From Wickerhamiella versatilis (lineage: Eukaryota), in assembly GCA_030867685.1 (NCBI GenBank), contig JAQOWU010000008.1:3596001-3660000 (forward strand): a stretch of DNA of 64,000 nt. Reading direction: 5' to 3'. The notes below the pieces were generated by a model. The model made no database searches and was not told the DNA's origin. It saw only the letters and a program-made list of their open reading frames with translations. Below are positions 55,801 to 64,000 of the stretch, piece after piece (positions within the stretch are counted from its first letter, which is position 1; every line of letters starts with the position of its first letter). The position numbers and the translations under genes are program-made.

Positions 55801-56070
55801 TTGACCGAAGCTAACCATGTGATTATCATGGATCCCTACTGGAATCCGTACGTGGAAGAACAGGCAAAAGATCGTGTTTATCGAATTGGTCAATCAAAGC
55901 CAGTCACCATATATCGAGTCCTTGTGGAGGACTCAGTCGAGAATCGTATCATAGACCTGCAAAGCAAGAAAATGGAGGTCATTGAAGGATGTCTCGATCC
56001 TGAGCAGAAACGGCGCGCCCAAGGTCTTAATCGTAACGATCTGTTATATGCCCTGGGCTTGCGGCGATAG
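52849..56070 (+). CDS. Snf2-family ATPase with RING finger (Uls1/Ris1-like, Rad5/Rad16 group)
   Basis: GGILADDMGLGKT, LDEAH, LTGTPMQN, RING CSVC...CGH..C..C, QAKDRVYRIGQ; SIM-like VIDMT and VVDLT at the N-terminus. Confidence 0.88.
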   Translation: MLAPGSSSRPVEVIDMTGESEGYAASKRSADSDIGENSTKRQAGNDGNGVVDLTQEENRDDPAVEISEVRHLPQSDSLAHPSAARPRPRQTAQREKLRAYITTLPGNEKKVAIRLVKMLQDEKQSLFNRKTAASNDLADAKQQGNKFAEQAFHQLWLSHSRAQLDLSDMVEQICNGTVANLGEQERVAQQYIAASRQQDQHVRQRIMLQRSAQAQSEYGRYQLANDPVYQQGRANSYVSDQPPPQSGYQPSVSGGPQQPIRGMGTLNGNLAQALNQIQQPRMPTMPQNPARRPLSGVIPLPSPSEFRRNGNMMDNNAMLAAGSGIGSYGRPVSSIYDSHVNLQDYEELVDQARKDADPADMPKELKVDFWEHQRLGLGWLLRAEFSRNRGGILADDMGLGKTVQTIALMYANTPKTGRQKQTLIICPVALLENWRTELEKRVRPEFRYRVYIHHRATQANHHAKFYTEARDIQDQFDVVIATYSAVTAEYKNFKSHEGESPLFDIEWYRVVLDEAHTIKNRQSKGSLACAHLRSVYRLCLTGTPMQNDPAELYPLVRFLHIEPYWQDWSRFKKLVPSIDSPRSVQAEGRIALVALLSAIMLRRKKDTVINGKKILDTLPAKTQEDIYVRLEGEELEAYKTLEGTIQAQASRLMKLASENAYSNMLVLLLRLRQQACHPLLIEVTKRNRVRTTSFKDPKKEIRAAKRMDPSRRVQVLNEFKGTSGVGCSVCQDAMCVLPHETFALTECGHFCCHECANKFEEGLEDDDDEGQRCRIPDCNRPVTGWTCIEVLDAVGREQTRNDNLIVADLRMRHRIRQSDERSKADARKKALSQLIHQQECKDMWEQGFDSEEDADDNLDTKPKEVSSDTSKGLHNVLDINRVAELFYVPDVFLTGWVPSAKVDKCMEVLNNIWKKHPEDKVIVFSFFTSMLSLMTIPLEAGRVPFLEYNGALSAPERSDVLEKFRNTRARVLLTSVKAGNVGLTLTEANHVIIMDPYWNPYVEEQAKDRVYRIGQSKPVTIYRVLVEDSVENRIIDLQSKKMEVIEGCLDPEQKRRAQGLNRNDLLYALGLRR

Positions 56071-56192
56071 TCATCTTCTCTGTATTTATTAAGTTGTAAT
56101 CGAATAATTAGATATCGTACAGCGTAGCTAGTTTTTTGAATGGCCATTTGATCAACTCCTGGAAAAGCGGTGTGTAAGCAGGTTCTTCTTCC

Positions 56193-56655
56193 ATGCTGGG
56201 GCAAACCTGTCTTTATGGGTTTGCGCTTATTGCGAACGGAGTTAACTTGTTCCTTCAAGTTTTCTTCGCTATTATGTTCAGTGATTTAGGTAAGTACTAA
56301 CATGTTGACTTGAGTACAACGCTAACTGGCAGAGGTTGACTATATCAATCCCATCGACTTGTGCAACCGCTTGAATCCCTGGATACTTCCTGAGGCTGCG
56401 GTACAGCTTTTCCTGACTCTTACGTTTCTCCTGACTGGTCACTGGCTTTCATTCTTACTGAATGTGCCAATTTTTGCCTTCAATGTATATTCGATCTACA
56501 CGAACCAGTACTTGCTCGACGCGACAGAAATATTCCGCACTCTCAGCGCTCACAAACGAACAGCATTCTCGAAATTCGCTTTCCATCTTCTAATGTTGTT
56601 CTTCTATCTGTACTCGTTCATTGTGAGCATCGTTGAATGGTCCGAGAATTTTTAA
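56193..56655 (+). CDS. ERV14: Cornichon-family COPII cargo receptor, two exons (56193-56289, 56333-56655)
   Basis: Splicing restores FFAIMFSDLE-VDYINPIDLCNRLN; LLDATEIFRTL motif. Confidence 0.92.
56290..56332 (+). other. 43-nt spliceosomal intron in ERV14
   Basis: GTAAGT...GCTAAC-TGG-CAG; removal keeps the frame and rebuilds the conserved SDLExDYINP motif. Confidence 0.9.
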
Positions 56656-56937
56656 ACTATTGAAGAGTAATCTTAGGATATAGATCTAGAAAATTTGCAG
56701 GGTTTAAAGTAAAAACCATAATAATCGCGCGAACATCCAAAAAGTTCGATAATAGTGGTAATTTTGAAAAACCCCGCGATCTGAAGACGCGTAAATATTC
56801 CTCATATCAGACGAGCTTTGGTTGTGGAACAAACAAAGTATTATATCCGTCAGAGCTCAATCATGAATTTCGAGGATTCGATAGATAAACATTTCATACA
56901 ACGGCATACAACGGGTTTGTAATCAAATATACGTAAA

Positions 56938-57408
56938 ATGGGCTGGTTTCAACGCCAAAAAGAGGCCAAAGAATCGGTTGATCAGGATCTACAGAAGTAC
57001 TACGATGATACAATCAATGGTAGAGTAACAACTGAGGTAACACCATCAAAGAAGCAGACAGATACTCTCGTGGCATCAAAATCATCAGGAAAAACACTAC
57101 GACAAACAGCAATGGATAACTGCGTAGAGTTTGAACGTGCTTATTCCCATTGTCTGTTAAAGGGAAGCCTTTGGGAACGCTTCACAAGTTGTCCTACTCA
57201 GAAGGCCATGCACGATCAATGCAAAGAAATGCAAACGCATGCTCTCGAGGTCCTTGGCTGGAGATCAGCAGGCTCGGCTGACGCACAGCAAAATATCAAA
57301 ACCAAAGCAGATGATCTTATGATAAAATATGCACCATCACTGATTATAACGGAATCACAGGTTGCGGCTTTTAATGATGACCTTAATCGCTCCGTACGTG
57401 ATTCCTGA
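56938..57408 (+). CDS. Uncharacterised twin CX9C protein
   Basis: CVEFERAYSHC and CPTQKAMHDQC. Confidence 0.7.
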   Translation: MGWFQRQKEAKESVDQDLQKYYDDTINGRVTTEVTPSKKQTDTLVASKSSGKTLRQTAMDNCVEFERAYSHCLLKGSLWERFTSCPTQKAMHDQCKEMQTHALEVLGWRSAGSADAQQNIKTKADDLMIKYAPSLIITESQVAAFNDDLNRSVRDS

Positions 57409-57997
57409 GGTTCACCCAATACTCAATCTGCCTTTGAGCTGGTATTGAATTGAGACCAGATGTAGAGGGAACAACCCATAATAAAGCGCCAGCAAATCGG
57501 CTGGGCTGGAGTCCATAATTGAATCCTGCTCGCGACCATCCTTTCGATCTCGCGACTGCCTCCCAAATGCCCTTCCCAACAAAGCATACACGTTCAGGAT
57601 GGTACTGCTCTATTCTGTCCTCGAGTTCAATTACTCCGGCTGCCATCTCCTCATGACTCAATTCATGGGCTGCACGCGTACTACGGGCAACAAGATCCGT
57701 GAAGCCATAGTTATAGAGATCAGGTACCTTCCAATCGTCGTAAGATGTTAGCGCACGGTCTACAAGACCGCTCATTCTTAAAAATTTCCAGAACCTGTTG
57801 GATCTATGAGCGTAATAATGTCCTACACGTGCGCTTTCAAGTCCAGGATTGAACCCGACAAAAACCAGTGAAAGATCCGGTCTAAGAAGAGGTGGTAGGG
57901 GACCTTCCCAATCTGCTTTCTTTCTTAGTTTTACAGGTCTTTGAGCAATGTCGTCGTCCTCCTCTCCGCCATGGTAGCGAAACCGTGAGAGATCCAT
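57383..57997 (-). CDS. G/U mismatch-specific uracil/thymine DNA glycosylase (MUG/TDG family)
   Basis: VFVGFNPG, GHYYAHRSNRFW, GFTDLV, CFVGKG, VPSTSG. Confidence 0.9.
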   Translation of the reverse strand: MDLSRFRYHGGEEDDDIAQRPVKLRKKADWEGPLPPLLRPDLSLVFVGFNPGLESARVGHYYAHRSNRFWKFLRMSGLVDRALTSYDDWKVPDLYNYGFTDLVARSTRAAHELSHEEMAAGVIELEDRIEQYHPERVCFVGKGIWEAVARSKGWSRAGFNYGLQPSRFAGALLWVVPSTSGLNSIPAQRQIEYWVNLRNHVRSD

Positions 57998-58268
57998 GCA
58001 TATGTCACCTACCAGTGATTTCTAAGTCATATAAATGTTTATGTTAAAGTAATTGACAATGGTTCGCGAAACACGCTATCTTAGCAATCTGCTTCAGGAT
58101 TCTCTAAAATTGGATCAAGGAAGGAGTATTTCGAGGTTTAAATTCATTCTTGTTTGGTTATCGGGGGCCGTTGTAAATCCTGTGCTATTAATAATAATAT
58201 TCACGAATCCGGACCCAACTAAGACTTTTGCCTGAGCGTTCCAACTTTGGCAAATACTATATTGTTGT

Positions 58269-58613
58269 ATGGGGAAGTACCATTGTTTGTACTGTGGTAC
58301 CACCTTGACGCATGACTCCATTTCAGTAAGGCGAAAGCACCTGACTGGCCGCAACCACATTAGAAATGTTCATATATACTGGAACACAGTATCAGAAAAA
58401 ATTGACCCATTTGCTAATATTGACCCATTAGTTGCACCTATCATTGATCCTCTCGATCAAACGTCTGAGTTAAAAGAGAAATTGCGCATACCTGGAATCG
58501 ATGATGATGTGGAAACGATGTTGGACCAAAGTACACTTCCGGCCCCGATTAATATCCCCACTGCACGCTTCCCTAGAAGTTTTCTTGGTTCAATGGATAC
58601 TAATAGGCAATAG
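58269..58613 (+). CDS. YHC1: U1 snRNP protein C
   Basis: KYHCLYCGTTLTHDSISVRRKHLTGRNH U1-type zinc finger. Confidence 0.9.
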   Translation: MGKYHCLYCGTTLTHDSISVRRKHLTGRNHIRNVHIYWNTVSEKIDPFANIDPLVAPIIDPLDQTSELKEKLRIPGIDDDVETMLDQSTLPAPINIPTARFPRSFLGSMDTNRQ

Positions 58614-59043
58614 TCTATTGTTCTGTTGTTTACGCCAAAACCAAGAGATACAGACACTGTATACGTGAGAAAAAAAGGTACTTGGCGCCAATAAACGATT
58701 AACTTTTTAATATTTATAGCAGTAATATGTGGAGGTTATAGACATCTTGATCTTTCTAAAAAAAACAAATCCTGTATCCAGGGGTGAGGTAAACGTCAAC
58801 GGTGAAATTTCAGAATGAAATAGTTATTGAGCTTTATAGAGACAACATGGTCCTAGTAATTTGCCATACCAGTTGCGTATATTAATATACTCTAGCAGCA
58901 GATCAAATGGTTCCAGAAAACTGCTCTATTATCAGGGATTTATCTCCATAGAAGCAATATTGTAGAGTGAAAGTCACAGTACCCTAGCCCATGTTGGTCA
59001 ACTTTTTCTCCCACCTTCGCGTAAACACCTAAACTGTTCATAC

Positions 59044-59691
59044 ATGGCGGCTCAACAGGTCCCTACGTTTAAGCTTGTGCTTGTCGGAGATGGTGGTACG
59101 GGTAAGACTACCTTTGTAAAACGCCACCTTACGGGTGAGTTCGAGAAGCGGTACCACGCAACGCAGGGTGTCGAGGTTTACCCACTTGGTTTCCAGACAA
59201 ACTTCGGTGAAATCAAGTATGAGGTCTGGGACACAGCGGGCCAAGAGAAATTTGGTGGTCTTCGTGACGGTTACTATATTAATGGCCAGTGCGGCATCAT
59301 CATGTTCGACGTGACCTCGCGTATTACTTACAAGAATGTGCCTAACTGGCACCGCGATCTTGTGCGTGTCTGTGAGAATATTCCTGTCGTCCTTTGTGGT
59401 AACAAGGTTGATGTTAAGGAGCGTAAGGTTAAGGCCAAGTCTATCACATTCCACCGCAAGAAGAACTTGCAGTACTATGATATTTCTGCCAAGTCAAACT
59501 ACAATTTCGAGAAGCCTTTCTTGTGGCTTGCCCGCAAACTTGCCGGCAACCCAAGCCTCGAGTTCGTTGCTGCTCCTGCTCTTGCCCCACCTGAAGTCCA
59601 GATTGATGCTGAGCAGATGCAGAAAATTCAGCAGGATGCCGAACAGGCAGCTGCTATGCCCTTGCCGGATGAGGACGACGCGGATCTGTGA
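59044..59691 (+). CDS. GSP1: Ran GTPase
   Basis: [31 protein letters not shown]-terminal DEDDADL. Confidence 0.97.
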   Translation: MAAQQVPTFKLVLVGDGGTGKTTFVKRHLTGEFEKRYHATQGVEVYPLGFQTNFGEIKYEVWDTAGQEKFGGLRDGYYINGQCGIIMFDVTSRITYKNVPNWHRDLVRVCENIPVVLCGNKVDVKERKVKAKSITFHRKKNLQYYDISAKSNYNFEKPFLWLARKLAGNPSLEFVAAPALAPPEVQIDAEQMQKIQQDAEQAAAMPLPDEDDADL

Positions 59692-59853
59692 TCCAAATAC
59701 GAACTATGTAGTTTAAAACGTCAATCTTTACAATCATATAGCCCCTAAAAATGTGCTCCTATGATATATTAACTAGGTGCAATGCTAATGAACTGGCGCT
59801 AGCAGCCAGAATTTATGTGGTTAAATTATAGTGAGAAAGTAGCAGCTTTCTCG

Positions 59854-62800
59854 TTACTTCTCTGATCGCATCATTTGCAATAATTCCCGGGCCCGCCCGG
59901 CTATATCCTCTGCATCTGCACTACGATCTGCCTCCTCAGTGACCTTTGAAGGCGAGACCTGCTGAGATTGGAACTCTTGCTGATGTCGCCGTCTTTGACG
60001 ATCTTCTCGTCTGTTGGACAACGGTGCTAGCGACTTGGCCTTTTCAAGCACTGAATCCATGTCTGTTGTTCTTGCTTCGCGAGATTCTGAGGCCCCACCT
60101 TCTGCCTTAGGTTTACGCTCTTCCAGAAGCTTCAACCGCTGTTCGTAGATACGTGCCTCATGTTCTCGATGAATATTCTCCTGGGAGGCCTGACTATAGG
60201 ATTGTACAAAGGTGGAGAAATAAGGGAAAAAGTTTTCCACAGCACTCGTATCACCACTGTTCTCACCGTAAAACTCCATAACCTTTTCGAGCTTCCCAAC
60301 AGTATACTTCATATGATCTTCAAGATGTTGAGCCTTGGACAAAGCCTCCTTCAGAGATGTTAAAATAATTTTGAGACATTGGTCTTGTGGATGAAATGTA
60401 GCCGGATCGCTTAACTTCCCGCTTTCAACCGACTTTTGAATCCTCCGCACGCCTGCAATAAACTCCTCCGCATCACTTCTCAATGTCTTGATCTTAACAT
60501 GGGATGCCAATATAGTAGGTTCGAGCTCATCCTGGAATTGTGCAATTTCAGGATTAAGTCCTGTCCGTACAATCCTTTCTACCTGGTGTATCAAAGTTGC
60601 ATTATTCTGATCATCTTTCATTAGCTGCAATCGTTCCAGGGTAGCCAGACGAAATCCCAAGGCCTGCTTGGTACGACCATTCATAAAGTTACCCACAATT
60701 AAGATGACTTCAAGAACCCTCTTGAAATGGGCTGAATTCAACGCAGCATCGCAGGCAGCATCCACAGTCTTTACCTGAGTCATAAGTTCGTCGTATGACT
60801 TTTTATATGTTTTGGACATTTTTAAAGCTTTAGACCTTATTGGCCAATACTCGTGTAGATTGAAGAAAAGCTCCAAGTACAACCTATCGAGTCTTTCTAG
60901 TTCATCAGGATTTTTTTCTGGTGTAGAATCTGAGTCTGAAGAACTGTACGGAAGGAAAAGCCTTTCCCGCTGGGGTGTGATTTCGCAAGCTTCTGGACTA
61001 AGGAAAAAGTCAATCAATCCGTCCCGTTCCATGACAGCCGGTGTGCACTTAAGAACATTTTCGACTACCTCCATGACAGGAAGCTTTTTGAACTTTTCGA
61101 AATTAAGATCCATACGGTGGGCTAATTGCTCGTCCATTAGTCGCTTCTTCTTTATTTCAGCCATTCTAGCGGCCTTTCCGAGGTCCTTAACTTCCTTCAA
61201 AGCGAAATTCCGCTCAATTTCTGCGAAAACGCCTTGTTTTTGCAGAAGCTCCAAGGTTGAGGGCTCTCCGGCAGACACAGGTTTTGTCCAGATTGTCTTG
61301 CCAACATCCTGCAAACCGTACCAGTGCAGCTGCTTTAGTTTCTTCGTTGGTCTCGGGCCAGGAAGCTCTGCCGGAGCTGTGGGCTGAGGTACAGTTTTAA
61401 CTGGAGCCGCATTTTTGATGGGTAGAGGTGGTGCATTAGGAGGTGGTGGTGTTGGCGGTGGAGGCGTGGGTGAATTAACGTTACTCCCCGGAAGCGGTGG
61501 CGCTGGTGGTGGTGGTGGCACGGATGGACTCTTCCCTGGCAGTGGCGGTGGCGGTGGAATTGAAGATGCTTTTCCTGGCAGAGGTGGTGCCGGTGGCGGT
61601 GGATTTGACGACGAATTACCTGGCAGAGGTGGTGCCGGTGGTGGCGGCATGTTCGTTACCAAAGTACTGGACGGAGCATCGGTAGCGCCACTTCTTGAGA
61701 CTGCAGGGCCATTTGTGGGTGTGATTTGCTTCGCATTGACTCCGCTCCCTTCGACTGATTTATCAGGCTTAGACGCAGAATCAATTTCATGGACGCCACT
61801 AGCTGTTTCATCCTGCTTACCCTGTCCACCAACTTTCCCTCGAGCAGTAATCTCTTGAAATAACGCAGAGCTTAAATTCATACCAGGTTGAGAACCGTTG
61901 GCACCGCGACCTGCACCGCCTGGACCTGCACCGCCTGGACCTGAACCGCCTGGACCTGAACTGCCTGGACCTGAACCGCCTGGACCTGAACCGCCTGGAC
62001 CTGCAATGCCTACATTCCGTTGATGCGTCTCACTCGAAGCATCTTGTGATGGCCGCTCACCAGATTCCGACGAAGTAGATACGTTTACCTGTGTTCCAGA
62101 GGAGCGCGCTGTTAAGAGAGTTTCGATTTGTTCTTGGAAGTCGGCACGATCCTTGTCAGATTTAGCAACATGCTGTGATAATTGATCCACCAGATCACGG
62201 ATCTTCTCCTCTGCCGTAAACTTCGCTATTTCGTTAGATTGAAGTTGTAACTCTTCAAGATCCTTGAGACGCCGCTGCACTTGATTGCGCCTTGCAGATG
62301 TCTCTTCCTCTTCGTCGGACTGTAACTCAAGCTCGCGTGCTTCTAGTTGTACCGACTCGATGCGATCCTGAAGCTTTTTCAAACTACCGCTAGGTTGTCG
62401 AGAGTGACCAGTAGCACCTCCCAACGCGCCCTGCAACCTTTGCAAGAGCGCACGCCTGTCGATCCTACCGTATTCGACATTGACAGCAGCACCATCTCTT
62501 GCCTGTTCCTGAACAATGGCAAAAAGTTCTCTCATATCGAGATTACTAGATGTCTTCTCATACTGAAGGCGTTCTTCGTTCTCTCGAGCCTCTTCCTCGA
62601 ATTCGACTATCCGCTGCCGAAGAATACCATTAGCCTCAGTGAGCTCAGTTACTTTATCTTGTAACCGGGCAATATTACCATCGGCGCCTAATCGAAGCAA
62701 TTGTTCCATTCGTCGGCGTTCCGCTTCAGCGGCTTCTGCACGCCGAAGTGCTTGAGTCCGGTCTAGGTAGGCTTGTCGGGCTTGATCATCAGTGGTAAGT

Positions 62801-64000
62801 CGATCTATTAAATGCTGGACTGTGAATGTCGCACCAGCTCCAGAAGCTGAGCCATCACTTACCACGTATTCTGCAAGTGCGTTTACGAGCCTGAACTTCG
62901 CAGCACGATCTGTTTGAATGCGATTCAACGAAGACATAATATTTTTGAAATGGTCTTCGACCTCCTTATCCGCCTCGAGCTTTTTAACGGTAGCATCCAC
63001 AGGGGGAGCTGGAAGATCTCTGTGCGATAGCACTGACGGGGGACGCCTAATTAAGAAAAGATCCGCCTGCTCAAGCTCTCGATACTCATTGATTTTCTCA
63101 TCTATCCTTTCATGTCTCAATGTATGCATATTGTCGAAAAGCTTCGAAAGACCAGCTTTCTCTAAATCTTTACGCACGTCACATCGCTGTACTGGGGAGA
63201 GTTCTGAGTGTTCAGGGTTCACCAGCATGCAAGCTAAGGCGACAGTACCTAGAGAATAATCCAATAGCGTAGCCTCCGCACTAACACCAGCAGTTTTAAA
63301 CTGGTGCGTGGCACCTACGTGCGACCCAAACCGTCCCCTACTTTCAACTGCCAATTGCACCCTACGAATCCACTCAGAGAATACAGGGCCCTTAAGAGAT
63401 CCAAAGGCCCGCATTACTGCCGCATGTCCCTTGGGAATAAAATGTTCGTTGTAGACGAAAAATGTTAAAATGTCTGTAATAATCCGACAAGTCTCAATAT
63501 CTTCAGAAATCAACGGCCGAATCAATCTCTGAAGAATGCGTGGATTTTGAAGAGCCTCCTGAACGGCATCTGTGACATTGTACATGGATTTAAAGCATTT
63601 AACAAGGAGCCTTTTGCGCTCAACATTCGCTGGACCTTTCAGATGACCCAAAACTTCGCTCATAGCCACCTGTCCTTGCATCACCACGAAACGCTCAACC
63701 CAATGCACTGGTTTACTACGAAGTTGAACTTGGAGAGTGGTTAAAAATTCCCTACTGAGATTAGCCTCCATGATCCTTTGCACAAACCAGTCGGGACTCT
63801 CCTCCTTCGGGGTGGGCGCCAGCTTTGGAGGTGCCTGGTCCTGTGTCCGCTCCTCTGCGATTAAATGCTGCTTCAAAAGAAGCCTCTTTTTTTCAACTGG
63901 TAGCGCTGCCATAGTTGCTTGGCCCTGAACTGGCAGATTAGGGTAGTTTCGAGACTCGACCATATCAATAAAGAGCCTATTCACGTCTGCCTCAGAGGCG
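59854..64000 (-). CDS. Formin (Bni1/SepA-like: GBD/FH3, FH1, FH2); N-terminus lies beyond the window end
   Basis: Poly-Pro FH1, KKLKQLHW, VILIVGNFMN and GFRLATL FH2 motifs, DAD-like MDSVLEK. Frame stays open to position 64000. Confidence 0.92.
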   Translation of the reverse strand, partial: ASEADVNRLFIDMVESRNYPNLPVQGQATMAALPVEKKRLLLKQHLIAEERTQDQAPPKLAPTPKEESPDWFVQRIMEANLSREFLTTLQVQLRSKPVHWVERFVVMQGQVAMSEVLGHLKGPANVERKRLLVKCFKSMYNVTDAVQEALQNPRILQRLIRPLISEDIETCRIITDILTFFVYNEHFIPKGHAAVMRAFGSLKGPVFSEWIRRVQLAVESRGRFGSHVGATHQFKTAGVSAEATLLDYSLGTVALACMLVNPEHSELSPVQRCDVRKDLEKAGLSKLFDNMHTLRHERIDEKINEYRELEQADLFLIRRPPSVLSHRDLPAPPVDATVKKLEADKEVEDHFKNIMSSLNRIQTDRAAKFRLVNALAEYVVSDGSASGAGATFTVQHLIDRLTTDDQARQAYLDRTQALRRAEAAEAERRRMEQLLRLGADGNIARLQDKVTELTEANGILRQRIVEFEEEARENEERLQYEKTSSNLDMRELFAIVQEQARDGAAVNVEYGRIDRRALLQRLQGALGGATGHSRQPSGSLKKLQDRIESVQLEARELELQSDEEEETSARRNQVQRRLKDLEELQLQSNEIAKFTAEEKIRDLVDQLSQHVAKSDKDRADFQEQIETLLTARSSGTQVNVSTSSESGERPSQDASSETHQRNVGIAGPGGSGPGGSGPGSSGPGGSGPGGAGPGGAGRGANGSQPGMNLSSALFQEITARGKVGGQGKQDETASGVHEIDSASKPDKSVEGSGVNAKQITPTNGPAVSRSGATDAPSSTLVTNMPPPPAPPLPGNSSSNPPPPAPPLPGKASSIPPPPPLPGKSPSVPPPPPAPPLPGSNVNSPTPPPPTPPPPNAPPLPIKNAAPVKTVPQPTAPAELPGPRPTKKLKQLHWYGLQDVGKTIWTKPVSAGEPSTLELLQKQGVFAEIERNFALKEVKDLGKAARMAEIKKKRLMDEQLAHRMDLNFEKFKKLPVMEVVENVLKCTPAVMERDGLIDFFLSPEACEITPQRERLFLPYSSSDSDSTPEKNPDELERLDRLYLELFFNLHEYWPIRSKALKMSKTYKKSYDELMTQVKTVDAACDAALNSAHFKRVLEVILIVGNFMNGRTKQALGFRLATLERLQLMKDDQNNATLIHQVERIVRTGLNPEIAQFQDELEPTILASHVKIKTLRSDAEEFIAGVRRIQKSVESGKLSDPATFHPQDQCLKIILTSLKEALSKAQHLEDHMKYTVGKLEKVMEFYGENSGDTSAVENFFPYFSTFVQSYSQASQENIHREHEARIYEQRLKLLEERKPKAEGGASESREARTTDMDSVLEKAKSLAPLSNRREDRQRRRHQQEFQSQQVSPSKVTEEADRSADAEDIAGRARELLQMMRSEK
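61908..62004 (-). repeat. 15-bp minisatellite, about 6 copies, encoding (GPGGS/A)n in the formin
   Basis: Repeated gcctggacctg(a/c)ac(c/t); peptide GPGGSGPGGSGPGSSGPGGSGPGGAGPGGAG. Confidence 0.92.

Noticed and set aside
60812-63259. Several 100-190-aa plus-strand ORFs opposite the formin, and similar nested ORFs across the window
   Set aside because: Antisense or alternate-frame shadows of well-supported genes, with no recognisable domains.

Overview
Very gene-dense fungal (budding-yeast, Saccharomycotina-type) chromosome segment. It holds about 45 mostly intronless genes separated by short spacers, one tRNA-Arg(CCG), and partial genes at both window edges. Most genes are ordinary eukaryotic housekeeping genes (MBP1/SWI4-like, MAK21, MRP7, GAL10 epimerase, IFH1-like, eIF3f, SEC8, a MAPK, BUD16, RAV1, NudC, YAK1, VMA11, RVB2, ENV7, SUI3, ARL3, PHO8, SEC72, ULS1-like, ERV14, YHC1, GSP1, a formin). 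The standout is a four-gene block at 14439-18309 that looks bacterial: flavin monooxygenase, DUF1028 Ntn-hydrolase, ArgE-like M20 amidohydrolase and a Rid-family protein. This is the family set I recall for the Pseudomonas hinFLHG imidazole-4-acetate (histamine) ring-degradation operon, suggesting a horizontally acquired operon in a yeast. The spacers in this block carry spliceosomal signals, including a plausible 121-nt 5'-UTR intron. A second bacterial-type gene (YqjG-like glutathionyl-hydroquinone reductase) lies beside the tRNA. The compact layout plus bacterial genes suggests the Wickerhamiella/Starmerella clade, but that is inference. Other notes: RAV1 is frameshifted at an A9 run, ERV14 has a 43-nt intron, and there is a tandem pair of truncated nonaspanin-like membrane proteins. 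All homology calls come from motif recognition and recall, not database searches.
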